Below are positions 37,892-52,169 of a DNA stretch of 64,000 bases, piece by piece. Where the stretch lies: positions 44,456,001-44,520,000 of the forward strand of contig NC_087437.1 of the NCBI RefSeq assembly GCF_036321535.1. The letters are read 5' to 3'. Below the pieces are notes generated by a model that had not been told where the DNA came from, searched no databases, and saw only the letters and a program-made list of their open reading frames with translations. Position 1 is the stretch's first letter. Each line of letters starts with the position of its first letter. The translations under genes were made by a program, and so were the position numbers. Source of the DNA: Camelus dromedarius. Taxonomy: Eukaryota.

Positions 37892-38062
37892 CAGGACCAC
37901 TGCATACAGGTGTCATTTGTGCAGTTTACAACGTAGGGGGCAACATCACAGCAGAGATGTAAACAATTTGTATTTCCTCTCTGACAGCTGTGAAGTGTCT
38001 TCTAACAACATCAGTACATTAGTACAAATTTTAGCCAGGTAGAAGTCAAGTGTCTTGAGGAC
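37892..38062 (+). mobile_element. MER91-like hAT-Tip100 fossil
   Basis: caggaccactgcatacag...tgtgcagtttacaacgtagggggcaacatcaca...aagtgtcttctaacaacatcagtacatt...aagtgtcttgagga follows the recalled MER91A consensus, including its internal repeated aagtgtctt. Confidence 0.65.
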
Positions 38063-39439
38063 ACTTGTCATGTATGTATCTCTTCCTACATGGTATCTTT
38101 ATGCATATTAGAGCTCAAAATTTATCTGATAAAAAGTTATGACATGTTCTAATTCTAAAATACAAAGGTCAAATAGGATCAGACATGAAAATTCCAAGTA
38201 TTATGCCTAAGTTTTCAACAAAGTATATTAGTACTTTTTAGTTGTTCTTTTTGAAAAAGTATTTATAGAAAACAATTTAGGAATATAATAATGATTCTAA
38301 GAAAACTCTTAGGGCCATTTCCTTTTCTCAAATTCAAATTGCAACTCTGGTCTCCACCAGAAGTTAATATGACACTTACATGATGTAAACCAATTTAGTG
38401 CTATTTCTTTAGTTGTAAAATAATGAATTTCAGTAAAAATGCATCCATATAGAAAAACTGCTTCTTTTTAATAAAAATTGTGCTCTATAAATATTAGTGT
38501 TCACTCTAAGGTGCGTATACATAAGGAACAACATAATATAAACATTTATCATAAAGTACCTGTTATCTGTCATTTGAACAGAATTATTTCATTGTTGAGT
38601 TCAACTAACAAGGTCTCCATTTCTCCTTGTGGTATAATTAAAAAACAATTCTTGTCCCAGCAAGGCTTTTGAGAAACCCTTTGCAGATGTGTTCTTTAAC
38701 CCCATAGCTTTCAGCAGGTTTTGGCAAGTCATGGGAAAATGACTAAGCAGATATGAAAAAATTCACATCGAATTTTTGTAATTGGAGCAGAAAAAAATAG
38801 AACTCTAAAAATAGGTATTTAGAGTAAGGAGGAAGTTCAGTTTTCATTAACATGAAATCCACTTCTGTCATCTTCCGGCCTGCATGATGCAGTCAAGCTA
38901 ATTTGACTAATCCTTTTATTTACCCATTCACCTCATCTTCCCACCCCATCCCCAGTCCTCAGTTCTAGAGGGACTGATATATGCTATCTAGTGGCTGGAC
39001 CTGGTTCTAATCAACAATTGTTGTTTGTATCCTTAGGGCAACTCAGAAAAAAATAAAAACATTTGTAATTGTTCAGAGTAAGACTCCCAGTATGCTCACT
39101 CAGAGACCAAGGGTTTAGAACCACTGAAACCAGTATATTAGAACATATTTACCATGTGTTGCACCTCAAACTGAAATTTGTGTTTGATTTAATTTTATCA
39201 AATAAGATTTTAACTTGGTGTCAAAAATACCCATATTCATACTTTGACTATCTGATACAGACAATACATTTTATTATGAGATACTCAAGACAGAATTCCT
39301 AAATTATTCTCCCTCTCATGAAAGCCATGAGGTTATGGAAAGGCTGTGGATTTACAAACCAGTAGAGGAGGGAACTGGAGAATGGGAGCCAGTGTGTTAA
39401 TCTAATAAAATGGCCATGGTTCCAGATACAGAATTATCT

Positions 39440-40063
39440 TTAGCCAATGTTCTTCATTTTCAGTCCACCTTTCATTCAGCAGTCCAAGTCATCTTTACCT
39501 GGTCATATCAGTCTGTGCTTAACACTCCCCAGCGTGTTCTCATTGTCATAAGCACATTCTCCACTGACAGACCAAAATGTTTAGTGCTACTTACAAATCC
39601 CTTAATAATCTGATATTTGCATAACTCATCTCGTGCAACTTTATTTCTTAGCTACGTGTTCTTCTCGTCCCTAAAATATATCATTTACTCTTCTGTCTCA
39701 GGATATTTATTCATTCTGGTCTCTTCTGCCTGGATCTTCCTCCTCCTACCCTTTTCTCCACACAATTCTATTTGACTTTCAAATCACATATTGTTTCTTC
39801 CTTAGATAATGCTTCTCTGATCCCAAAGAATATATTGGGCCTTCTGAATAACTTGTTCCCCCTTTTCTTAACAAATGACTGTTCGTAATGTAGTGTGTTG
39901 GTGAAATACTATTTGGCATGTGACCTCCCTACTAGATGATAATTTAAAACAGGAAAAGATGTTGTCTGTTTTTCTCTGCTTTTATACCTTCAGCTTTTAA
40001 CAACATGCTTAGTCCTCATACATGCTAGGTGTTTCTCAAAAACTACATATTGAATGAGTGAAT
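39440..40063 (+). mobile_element. L2 3' region (degenerate)
   Basis: Pyrimidine-rich L2-like body ending ctccctactagatgataa...gtctgtttttctctgct...ctcaaaaactacatattgaatgagtgaat, the TGAA-type L2 tail. Confidence 0.6.
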
Positions 40064-42115
40064 AACTTAATGGGTGGGTCTGGTTGATATATCCGAGAAT
40101 AACAAACCTAACTCTCTTTTCAGCTCTGAGACTGCTTCATACTAGCTGGTTGCACAGCTGAGTCTAAGCCTCTTATATTGTTAAAGTTCAAAGGAACAAG
40201 TGGAATTTTAGGCAGTGTGTGATTAGCCAAACTCTGACAAGAATAATTTTGAAAATGGAAACTTACCCATAGTGTGCCAATGTTTTGATGACTTTGCAGC
40301 CCTCTACCTACCTCTTCTTTTATACTTAAGAATGTTGCCTTTGAAAAGTCTAATTTAAGAACCCTCTTCTGATGAGAAGGTGATTTTGCAGTGTACAAGA
40401 TAACATATGTGACTTCATTTCAGTTTAGTCTTTTCCACAACCCTGTCTTTAAGGTATTATATCCCCTGTACACATGGGTAAACTGGGGCCCTCAGTGATT
40501 ATTTTTCAGTTACACAGTTTATTAGGCAGTAGTAGAACATAGACTAAAGGATTGGAATCTAGGACTGGACGATTCATGCCCCTTTCCTATTCCAAGTTGT
40601 AGCATTTCCATTTAGATATCCAGGGAAACTTACATTTATCTATAAAGTGGGAACTATCATCTTAAATGTAAACTTCTGTTTGGTTGTGCTATTTTATGTA
40701 ATATTTCTACATATCAGATGGAGTGAGTATACGTTTCCTTTCTCTTGCAAAAGTTCACACTGTGTGTCCGTCTCAGAAGAGTTTAACTCTTCAACTGTGT
40801 ATAAATCTACTAGTTGGAATTAGAGCTTTCTTTGGCTCATGGAAGTAGACAGATCACCAGACACACTCCCTACAAGTAATGTACCATTAACAGTGACAAG
40901 TCAGATACAAAAGGAACTCTTAAACTTGGATTCATTTTATATGAAACCCTAGGGCAAGTGGATATTTAATCTAAGCTAACTGCAGAGGTTTATCCTTATT
41001 GAAATTACTAAAATGTTCCAGCAACAGCACTAGGAAAAGAAAGCCCATCCTCCCATCTGCCGAAAGCTAAACCTCCTTAATGTGGATTTTAATGTCAGTT
41101 TTCATTTCAGATTCATACATAAAGTGCTGATGCTTTTGATTGAAAATATACCTTTAAGAGGTTTTTTTTTAAAAAAAAATTCTCATTTGGGTTAAGACAC
41201 AGTAAATCTGTTGCTTTATTATAGTCTAAGCATAAAATCATATATCTCTTCAAAACCACGTACTTTAATTCCTAGTTCAAACCATCTGGGCTTTTTTATG
41301 GCAGAAGATGTTACATAATATTTTACTACTTCCTGAAATTTGGAGGGGGAGAATGATCTAGGGTGATGATGTCAGGAGGGCCAACACGATGAAAAATGGG
41401 TTTGAATTTTATAGCAATCTCTAAATAAGATCCTCTTTACATTAGTAGATACACACATTATAAATAAGGATATACACTGCAAGCTGCATTCAGATATCAA
41501 AAACATGGTCATGGGAATTACTTGCTGAATAGGTAAGCACTTTCTTAAAATTTTAGAAGCAAGAGAGCATACGAGTTTATGCGAGAAAACTGTAGGAATA
41601 GGAATTTTTCCTTCTCCTTTCTTGATGGAATAAAGACTAGAAAGTTGTCTGTGTTTGCTGCTACATTTTAGAAACTTTGAAATATCTTTAGCGAGGACCC
41701 TGGGAATCAGCATTCACAATCATCGGTTTATTTCTTGCCAGGCATCTGATCTTCCTGGAATTGGAAACTTGAGGAATCCTTGTTCTGACTGTCTGCTAGC
41801 TATCCAACTTGTTAATCCTTTCTGGTTCTTCAATTTTATCTTGATTTCCTTCTCTTCATCTAACCATTACCTCCATTTTGCACTCTTGAAAATATCTTCT
41901 ACTTTATTTTTCTTCAAGATTGGTGATTAATTATAGTTCACTAAATCTGCTTTGCAATGAAAATAGTGAATACAGTGTCCCCCTCCCCTTTACCAGAATC
42001 CATAAAATCACTGAAGATTTTGTGAAGAAATTAATATACTCAGGAAAAAAGAATTAATATTAGTTTGTGATTGACCTCCTGACTACTCTACATTATCCAT
42101 TCATAGTAAGCTGTG

Positions 42116-42613
42116 CAGATCTTCCTCAACTTAGATGTGGTTATGTCCTGATAAACCCATCGTAAATTGAAAATATTGTTAAGTTGAAAATGCATTTACT
42201 ATACCATCATAGCTTAGCCTAGCCTAGTCTAGCCTACCTTAAATAAGCTCAGAACACTTGTGTTAGCCTGCAGGTGGGCAAAATCATCTAACACAAATCC
42301 TATTTTATAATAAAGCATTGAATATCATGTAATTTATTGGATACTGTACTGAAGGTGAAAAACAGAGTGGGTTGTATGGACACAGAATGGTTGTAAGTGT
42401 ATCGATTATTTACTCACGATGGTGTGGCTGACTGGGAGCTGCGGCTTGCTGCCCTGCCCAGGATTACAAGGTAGTGTCTTACCACACATTACTAGCCTGG
42501 GAGAAGATCAAAACTCAGATTTGAAGTATGGTTTCTATTGAATGCATATCACTTGCGCACTGTCATAAAGACATAACCCGTAAATCAAACCTTCCTAAGT
42601 CAGGGATCACCTG
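42116..42613 (+). mobile_element. MER47/Tigger5-derived non-autonomous DNA transposon
   Basis: Terminal inverted repeats cagatcttcctcaacttag and ctaagtcagggatcacctg, followed by TA. The body gataaacccatcgtaaattgaaaatat...catagcttagcctagcct...gggcaaaatcatctaacacaaa matches the recalled consensus. Confidence 0.88.
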
Positions 42614-42871
42614 TATTTCAAAAAAAAAAAATCCTGCACCTGGTAGGAAATAACTAGGGAATAAGATTAGGCAGGTCGTTGCATCTCAGTGAAAGCTATA
42701 GGAGATGTTAGTTGAAATACATGTTTATACCGCCAAAAATTAAGACTGTTTGCTTTGGAATCTGCCTGTAAAAACGAAAAGTAACCTCAGAGGGAACCAA
42801 TTTGGCCGCCTTTTTGATACACTTAAACATTTGCTATCATATAAACACAGTGTGTATTATTTGAAGCTTAG

Positions 42872-43618
42872 TGGAGGAAAAAACCCTTTTTCATTGTTGG
42901 TGGGAGTGTAAATTGATGCAGCCACTATAGAAAACAGTATGGGGGTTATGCAAAAAATTAAAAATAGAATTACCGTATGATTCAGCAATCCCAATTCTGG
43001 GTATATATATATCCAAAAGAAATGAAGACAGGGTATTCAAGAGATACCTGCACTCTCACGTTGACTGCAGCATTATTCATAATATCCAAGATAGAGAAAC
43101 AGACTGTGGCCTTCACACGCACACGCACACGCACACGCACACTCACAGGAATATTACTCAGCCTCCTAAGGAAATCTGCCATTTGTGATAACATTGGTGG
43201 ACCTTGAGGGCTTTATCCTAAATGAAGCCCGATAGAGAAAGGCAAATACTGCATGGCATATTTTGCAATTCCAAAAAAAGTCAAACTCACAGAAACAGTG
43301 GAATGGCGATTGCCAGAGGGTGAGGGAAATAAAGGCTGATAAAAGGTACACAGTTTCAGCTATTAAGGTGAGTAAGTTCTGAGGATCTAAAGTAAAGTGA
43401 GGTGACTGCAGTTGATAACACTTTATCGTAGAATTGAAATTTGCTAAGAGTAGAACTTAAATGTTCTCACCCAGAAAAAAAAAAAAGAAATTTGTGAGGT
43501 GACGGATGTGTTAATTAACTAGATACTTTTACAGTGTATATGTGTATCAAATTAGCATGATGCACACTTTAAATATCTTACAATTTTATACACCACTTAT
43601 GTCTCAGTAAAGGTGAAA
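42872..43618 (+). mobile_element. L1MA-like 3' end with an internal (CACACG)n repeat
   Basis: ttgttggtgggagtgtaaattgatgcagccactatagaaaacagtatgg...ccgtatgattcagcaatccca...ttgctaagagtagaacttaaatgttctcac. Confidence 0.88.
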
Positions 43619-46600
43619 TTTTTTTAAAAAACTGTGCTGAGACAATGAATGGATACATATCCCCACCAAACAGGGAATTCTCGGTGAGAAGGACTAGACC
43701 AGGCACTCCTCTGTATGCAGATTGTAGCTTACTGCACACTGAACAGTCAAGGGGAAAGATAACTTTATCTCAAAATATTTTAAGGACATTAATTTCACAT
43801 ATTAATAAAGAAATGCTTTGCTAATGATCATATTTCACTTCCAAATCTACCTCCATCTATAAACATCTGTATAGATAAATGCTAAGGCATTTAATTATTG
43901 TATAATTTTAGATCATTTATCCTTAGGTTTATTTTCCTTAAAAAAATTCGTATAATTTGTTATTACAAGATTAGGGTTAATTGCCTCTTCTAGTATCACT
44001 TTCCATGTGTAAGATTTTTAAAGCAGGCTGTAAGCTCTCACTTATACATATTACTGGTTTTGATAATAGATTAAAAATCCTTTTGCAGTTATATTTTCTC
44101 AAGGTTCAACTGTTTTATGTAAATTTATTGATCAGTCTAGTAAACCTAACACATTTTAAAAGAATATTAAAACTGACTTTTAAATAGAAAACATGTAGGC
44201 ATGCTCAAACTCTTTGTGTATCTGTACAGGTGATTACTATCTTTGCATTGAATGCCATATTTGATCTAGAACCTTCCACAATATCAGATTTCATGTAATA
44301 TATCATGTGTATAATTAAACTTTTTTTTTTTTAAGAATTTGGACATGGAAATTCTATTTTTAATGTATTTTTGTGGATATTTCAAGTTTGTTTAGACAAA
44401 GAATCTAGTTCTTGTTTTCCAGATATTTTCTATCTCATTTTCTATGTAGAATGTTCAACCTCTTCGCCATCGCTTTGGCTTATCTCAAGACTCTCTTCTT
44501 TTGTAAGGCCCTCTCTAGTTAGTCAAGCTAACACAGATCTCACATTTAAACTCTAGTCATGTTTTGTTGTTGTTGTTTCATACACATTATTTTTATTTTC
44601 ACAAGTTAAATACAAGGATCATATTTTATACTGCTTTTATATCTCTATTTTTAATCACTTATTTCCTCCACCAAATTAAGGAATGGACACCTAAAATTCA
44701 TTTTAAAATGTTTTATAATTGACTCACTTTATAATATGGTAAATTCTAACACAGTAGAAATGTAGTATGTTTATGTGCTTTATAAATGAACAGATAAATG
44801 AAAATACTGAAACATTTTTCTATACACATTAGAAAGCCCTGACTTACATTCCTACAATTAACCCAGATCAATCTATGATGAGTATGGCATGAGTGAGGTT
44901 ACCAGAAAATTGTCATTTACTGTTCTGTTACTTAATAGAGCTGGTCAGGGACAACTTTCCATTCCTAGTATGCTTTTAAGAACGCTTAATCCACAGTTAC
45001 TGGATGTGTTTTTATTTGAAAGCCTGTCACATCAGGTGCTTTTACAACTTTAAAAGCACCATGACAGCCTTTAGAGCCTTTTGATTTTCTTAAATGTTCT
45101 CAGGAAGAAGGAGACAGGGGAAGGAAGTAAAAAGGAAAATAATTTGGATAAAAATGATTTAACTTTGGATAATTGTTTAAATCCCCACCAATCTACCTAT
45201 CTCTTGTCCCGCAGACTTTTGAAATCCACCTAGAGGGTTCAGAGAAATATGAATGGTTCTTACAAGGAAAGTTTGGGTAATGTTTATTACATTTATTCAG
45301 CAACTCAGCAGCTCTTAATGAAGAGGAAATTTGGATAGAGAGGGGAAGGGTAATGTGGTACTTCTGCAGATAATCTTGATTTCTTTTAGCCTCTGTCCCA
45401 ATGTCCTTGGGTTTGTGACTCAACCTTTGGTCTGACTTTACTCTCAAGACTGAGGTATATGTAGCTGTTATCGCTGTAACTTTCTTTCTTTCTTTTTTTT
45501 TTTTTTTTTTACCCCCTCCATCCTCCAGTCATTCAGGGTTTTGTTCACTAACAGAAATCCCCATTAGAAGTAGCAAAATCAGCCATGGCAATGATTAGTA
45601 AGAAACTTTTAAATTGAAACACCAGAGCCACATGGAGACATAGATACATTTATTCCAGCATTGGCAATTAGCTAAAGGGAATAGACTCAAAATTTAAAAA
45701 AATACATACATACATATATATATGTAAATAATACTCTCATAAGGATTCAGATGAACTCTATTTGCATGCATGTTTTAAGATTCAGTTTACAATATGCTAA
45801 AAATAGCCTGATCACCTCTTTGCCTTCACTTTCACATTAACAGAATGCTTAGGCAGATAGAAAGCACAAAGCATGAATCTCAAATGACGCTGCTGTTTAT
45901 ACTTTCTACTTGTAAGATACTCATTGGATTTGCTGCTACCATCTAGACCACCTGAAATAATAGAATTTGTGACATTAACAGAAGTTATTTCCTCAGTGTA
46001 ATTTACAAAGAGTTTTTGTTCCATCAAACAACTCTGACATGCAGCTGGTACTCATTTTATGTTCTTTTTCTTCCTCCTGTTGGAGAAATAAGCAATTCTG
46101 CCAATAAAAAGAGCTCCTGTACCAGTGTTAAAGATAGAGAATATAATTCATCATTCTGTAAGTGTTAACAGATTTACTTGCATGTAAGGTAGCACGAAAT
46201 TGACTATAAAGTTAGAACAGAGTCTCACACATTTGATACAGCAAAGCAGAAGAAAAAAATAGTAACTTGTCTTACCCGCTTGTGGAACAAGGGTCTGCCC
46301 CTTGTGTCAGTCTCCTGGACATCTCCTTGGAGACCCCTGAGCTAATTCTGGAAGTATGTTTTAACGTATCTAGTGGTTATTTGGCTGCCACTTTGGAGAC
46401 AGTTCTACGTGTATAACTGGAGAGTAGGCTTAATCTCTAGAGAGATTTACCTCTATCCTAAAGATTCTAATCTTCCTGGAAGAAGGAATCAGATTGACTG
46501 TGTCTCCAAGGAAACAGACTAAGGAAAGGGAGAAGGGCAAAATAGTCTATAAATGTCCTTAATTAACAGAAACTTATTTTAATTTATCTTTGCACTCTCA

Positions 46601-47841
46601 GCACCTTACAGTCCCACTGTCAAACAACACATGCTCATCCTGAAACAAAAAGATTATTTTCCAAAAATTTTAGTTTAATTTGTAGAAGCAGTGTACCTAT
46701 ACGTAAATGGAAGCTGAATGCTTTAGGAATGCAAAAGAAAAGAGTAAAGGATGTTTTTCCCCTTTCCACTAGGATAGTAGTTTGTTTTTTTTTTCTTTTC
46801 TTCTTTTTTTTTTTTTTAATTTGCTTTTGTTCTGGTGTGCATATGTGTCAGAGGGTATGTGTGTGTAAAGATGACTTACACTGAATTCCTTGGTCCTGCT
46901 TCTACAAGTTAGATATATACTGAGCTTAGGATCATGAAATATTCAGCACCTGGAAACTAAATACTTTTAGGGATGGAATGGGTTACCTCTGAATATTTAT
47001 TTTTCTTATACTATTACATTCTGTTTTCCACTTGGAAAGAAAAATACTCTGATATTTCTTATCTGCATGAATTAGTGTATGGCGTAAAAGAAGCCACGGT
47101 TATTTGTGTGGGGGCCTGATAAGAGAAGCTGAGTTCTTAGTTAGCTTATCAACCCAACAGATTGCTTTCTTTTTCTATTAACATTTCTATTATGACTTAG
47201 GATTCACAAACATTTGGCAATGCCTGTTCTTAGCAGGTTTCAGGAATCAGATTCCTTTATCAGCTAAAATAAACAATATTTCTTAACAGAAATATTTTTA
47301 CGTTAAAATAATAATAACAAAATCTATTTTTTGTGGTGTTTAACTAACTCAACTGCCCTTGTGTTTGACAGAAAAAAAGATACTCTCATATGTTTGGTGT
47401 CTGGATTCATGTGTGTGAATAATCTAAAGACAGACAGGGAGCACAGTGTCCTTGTTGTTAGCTGCCAGTCAAACTCCAAACTCATTCTGGACACAAAAAA
47501 AGTTAAAAATGTCTGTTTTGTCTTGGACTTTATCTTCAAATCTGAATCAATTCCTCTGATGTGTATTTGCCAGTTTTTAGAATAAATGTAAGTCCTCTAC
47601 CTGCCTAGAAGGCTAATAGCCCTTAAGAACAGGCAAGATACAACTATTTATGTCAAAATATCAGTTAATTCAGGAAATTATCTAGGCAGAATTTTCCAGA
47701 TTTTTAACTAAATTGATTAGCTATCTTAACATCTTATTAGGAAACTTGCTAGATTGACAAATGTCAGAATCCTCAAAAATGGTTCATATCTGGGTGAACT
47801 GGGTGAAGTCTCCTCACTTTTTTTTTTTTTTTTTTTTTTTT

Positions 47842-49572
47842 AGATTCCACATATGTGATAGCATGCAGTATTTGTCTTTGGCTTATTTTGCTTAGCATAA
47901 TGCTCTCTCAGGTACACCCATGTTGTGGCAAATGGCAGGATTTTCTTCTTTTTAAGGCTAAATAATACTGAATAGTATTTATTTATACCACATTTTCTTT
48001 ATCCATTCATCTGTTGATGGACAGACACTTAGGTTGTTTCCCTGTCTTAACTATTGTGAATAGTGCTGCAGTGAAGATATGGGAGTACAGATCACTTTCC
48101 AAGACAGTGATTTTGTTTCCTTTGAATAAACACCCAGAAGTGGGATTGCTATGTTACATGGTAGTTCCATTTTTAATTTTTTTTTTGAAGAACCTTCATA
48201 TAGCTTTCCATGGTGCTGTACCAGTTTACATTCCCACCAGCGGTGTACAAGGATTTCCTTTTCTTCACATCACCGCCAGCATTTATCTCTTGTCTTTTTG
48301 ATAATAGACACCGTAACAACTGTGAGGTGATATCTCATTGTGGTTTCCATTTGGGTTTTCCTGATGATTAGTGACGTTGAGCTTCTTTTCATGTACCTGT
48401 TGGACATAGATATGTCACCTTGGAAAAATGTTCAGGTCCTTTGTCCATTTTCTGCTTGTGTTACGTTGCTGCTGCTACTGTTGGTTTTGCTGTTAAGTTG
48501 TACGAATTCTGTGTATATTTTGGATACTAACTTCTTATCCGAGATACGGTGTGCAAATATTTTCTCCTGTTCCATAGGTTGCCCTTTCATTTTGTTGATT
48601 GCTTCCTTTGCTAAGCAGAAGCATTTTGGTTTGATGTAATCCCACTTGTTTATTTCTGCTTTTGGTGCCTGTTCTTTTGGTTAAAATCCAAATATAGACA
48701 TACAGACAAGACCAATTTCTAAGAAATTACTCACTGTTGTCTTCTTTTAGGAGTTTATGATTTCAAGTCTTACATTCAAGTCTTTAATCCATCTTGGATT
48801 GATTTTTGTGGGTGGTGTAAGATTTCAAGTGCACTTTTATTCCTTTGCTTGTGGCTGTGCAGTTTTCTCACCACCATTTATTGAAGAGACTGCCCTTTCC
48901 GCATTGTATAGTCTTGGCTCCTTTGCTGAAAAAATTGTGCCTATATATGCATGGTGTTATTTTGGGGCTGTTGATTCTGTTCCTTTCATTGATGTGTCTA
49001 TTTTTATCCTAGTACTGTATATTTTGATTACTACAGCTCTGTAACATAATTTGAAATAAGGAAGTGTGATGTCTCCAGCTTTGTTCTTAAGATTGTTTTG
49101 GCTATTTAAGTTGTTTGTGGTTCCAAGTGAATTTTAGGATTGTTTTTCTATTTCTGTGAAAAATGCCATTGGAATTTTGATAAGGATTGCATTGAGTCTG
49201 TAGGGCACTTTTGGTAGTATGGACATTTAAACAATTTTAATTCTTCTGATCTATAAACATGGGATATCTTTTCATATATTTGTATCTTTAGTTTTTTTCC
49301 CATATTTTTCAGTGTACAGATTTACCTTTTTGGTTACATTTATTATGTATTTCATTGTTTTGATTCTATCGTAAATGTGGTTGTTTTCCTTATTTCTCCT
49401 TCAGATCATTCATTGTTAGTGTACAGAAATGTGACTGGTTTTGTATAGTGATTTTACATTCTGCAAATTTACTGAATGTGTTTTTCAGTTCTAGGAGTTT
49501 TTGAGTGGAATCTTTTCTATATGTTATGTCATCTGCAAACATAATTTTTTTTCTTCCTTTCTGATTTAAATG
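47842..49572 (-). mobile_element. Older L1 (L1MA/MB-like) ORF2 3' fragment
   Basis: tagattccacatatgtgatagcatgcagtatttgtc...gtgaggtgatatctcattgtggttt...ctgtgaaaaatgccattggaattttgata...gtcatctgcaaac is antisense L1 ORF2. Confidence 0.9.
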
Positions 49573-49679
49573 GAACTAAGGTATAGTTAAGTTAAATAAT
49601 TTGTGCTAAAAGACCTAATAAGTGAGTACAATTCAGAAAAATCAGTTTCTAAGTTTTTTATTCTAACAAGGTTACATTT

Positions 49680-50170
49680 TTAATAAAAATTTTATTGGTA
49701 CCATACACACATAAACACAGTGAGAAAAATGTATAAATCATAAGCACAGTGTTAGATGACTTTAATAAAGTTTATATGCCTGTGTTGGCAGCACACCAGA
49801 AGCCATCCTCATAGCCCTGCTCAATCACTAAGCCGCGAGAACAACTGTCCACACTTATAATAACATAATTTAATGCTGTCTTGCTTTTTGAACGATAGTA
49901 ACTAGAATCTATGAGATACACCCTTACTGCTTGCCTTCTTTTGCTCAGCATTATATTTGTAAGAGTGATTTACCCACATTGTTGTCGAGTATTAGTGTAG
50001 GTTTGCCCATTCTCTTTGTTGTAAAATCTTTCATTGTATCCGTATACACCACAGTCTGTGTGTACCTGCTGCAGTTGGTTGATATTTGAGTTGTTTCCAT
50101 TTGGGAACTATTATGAATGGTGCTTTATGAGCATTCTTGTACATACCTTTTAGTGAAACTAGAACCCTGT
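49680..50170 (-). mobile_element. Ancient L1ME-like 3' fragment
   Basis: ccttcttttgctcagcattatatttgtaagag...gatatttgagttgtttccatttgggaactattatgaatggtgct. Minus ORF 50031 contains APFIIVPKWKQLKY. Confidence 0.6.
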
Positions 50171-50994
50171 ATGGCCATGTCAGCTCAGGAACAGGGAAGA
50201 TTATTTTCTGGGTTGCGATCACAGGCGTCTTTCAAGATTTACTAAACTTAGCCTGCGCAGATTAGAGAGAGTCCTAGTGTTTCTCACAGGCGTTTTGTAA
50301 GTAGATGTATAATCTTGAAACCATGGTGTCAGGGTAACTCCATTAATTCCTTAGGTGCTTTGCTTCCTATGGTATGTCTGTCTTTACAGATAATTACAGA
50401 TGCCAAAGTAGTTTCTTCATTATTTAAGATATTTCTGCCTCCTATCATTTTGAACCCTAATTCTTTCTGGAAAAAAAAATGATGCATTAACACAGTTTCT
50501 ACAAGAGATCACAGGTCACGTTTTAAAATCTTATAAAATATTTTAGTTGTAGGCTAGTCAACAAGGGCATTTTTTCTAGACAGAGTCATCATTTAATTTT
50601 AAAAATGTCTGGTACCTGTTGTACCGTATGTTGCAGTGTGTACACTGTACATAATGCTTCATGGAGTTACAATAGGAAGATCTCACTTTCCTCGTCTGTT
50701 TTAAAATGGGGTTAACAGTCCTTTGGAATTAAAGAACAAAACAAAACAAAACATAAATCCTGTGACATTACTGTTGACTTTCTTGTTTTAAAGTAAAATT
50801 ATTTAAGTGGCTATTTCTAGGGGAAGGCTCTGAGCTGCTAAGATGGAGAATTAATGTACACTGATTTGTATTCAATCTGATAGTGTTACTTACTCATGTG
50901 GCAGTTTGTTGGGAGGAAATTAATAAAATCAAATAAGTAATGTAATTTGATTTTTTTTAACTATTTGTGCTTTGTCCTCAAAGCTTTTCTTTTT

Positions 50995-51289
50995 TTTTCT
51001 TTTTTTGACATTTTTTATTGATTTATAATCATTTTACAATGTTGTGTCAAATTCCAGTGTAGAGCACAATTTTTCAGTTATACATGAACATATATATATT
51101 CATTGTCACATTTTTTTCTCTGTGAGCTACCATAACATCTTGCATATATTTCCCTGTGCTATTATAGAGTATGATCTTGTTTATCTATTCTACAATTTTG
51201 GAATCCCAGTCTCTCTTCCCACCCCCCGCCCCCTTGGCAACCACAAGTTTGTATTCTATGTCTGTGAGTCTGTTTCTGTTTTGTATTAT
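50995..51289 (-). mobile_element. Young 5'-truncated L1 3' UTR insertion with a 15-bp target-site duplication
   Basis: aaagcttttcttttt occurs at 50980-50994 and 51290-51304. A T-rich tail is followed by tttattgatttataatcattttacaatgttgtgtc...ccccttggcaaccacaagtttgtattctatgtctgtgagtc. Confidence 0.88.
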
Positions 51290-51874
51290 AAAGCTTTTCT
51301 TTTTATTCCTCTGTTTACCTTTTTGTTCTTTATGGTTGGTATTTGCATCTTTGACTTTATAACTATTACATTTAAAGCAATTACAATGTGACATATTTTA
51401 TAAACCATACTGTCTACATCTATATTTTAAATGATCACTTATTTTATATGTTTAAAATGCAAACATTAACATGTTTATAACATATCATCATATTGTGAAA
51501 TATAATATTTCTTATATTAAATCCCTAATATGTATTAATCATGTCAATGATTTCTACTCTTGGAAGATACTAAATTAGGTTGAGGAAATAAGGGTTATAT
51601 ATTCACAGAAGTCATTATACAAAATATTCTATGTCAAAGTGAACTAAAGATTTAAACTGAACATTTTATTGTTTGTAATTTTACTTTTTTCCAACTATGT
51701 TGTATAAACTTGTTCAAGAGTTGTGAATTTATTCAGAAAGAAACTGAGCTGAAGTTATGTGAAAACAAGTAGGTTTATGGAAAGTAATTGTAAAATGCAG
51801 GTTATCTGTTGAGATTAGGAAGAAAGAATAACTTTATAAGCATTTTTGCTGCAGCCTGTTGCTGTGTTAATTTT

Positions 51875-52169
51875 TTTTTGTTAAAGTATAGTCAGTTTAC
51901 AGTGCGTCAATTTCTGGGGTGCAGCATAATGTTTCAGTCATACATATACATATATATATATATTCCTTTTCATTTTCTTTTTTATTATAGATTACTAAAA
52001 GGTATTGAATATAGTTACCTGTGCTGTACAGTAGAACCTTGTTTATCTATTTTTTGTGTAATAGTATCTGCAAATCTCGAACTCCCAGTTTATCCCCCCA
52101 ACCCATAACCATGTTTGTTTTCTATGTCTGTGAGTCTGTTTCTGTTTTGTAAATAAGTTCGTTTGTCTT
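51875..52169 (-). mobile_element. 5'-truncated L1 3' UTR insertion with a 10-bp target-site duplication
   Basis: tgttaatttt occurs at 51865-51874 and 52170-52179. The body aagtatagtcagtttacagtg... is homologous to 4060-4370. Confidence 0.88.
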
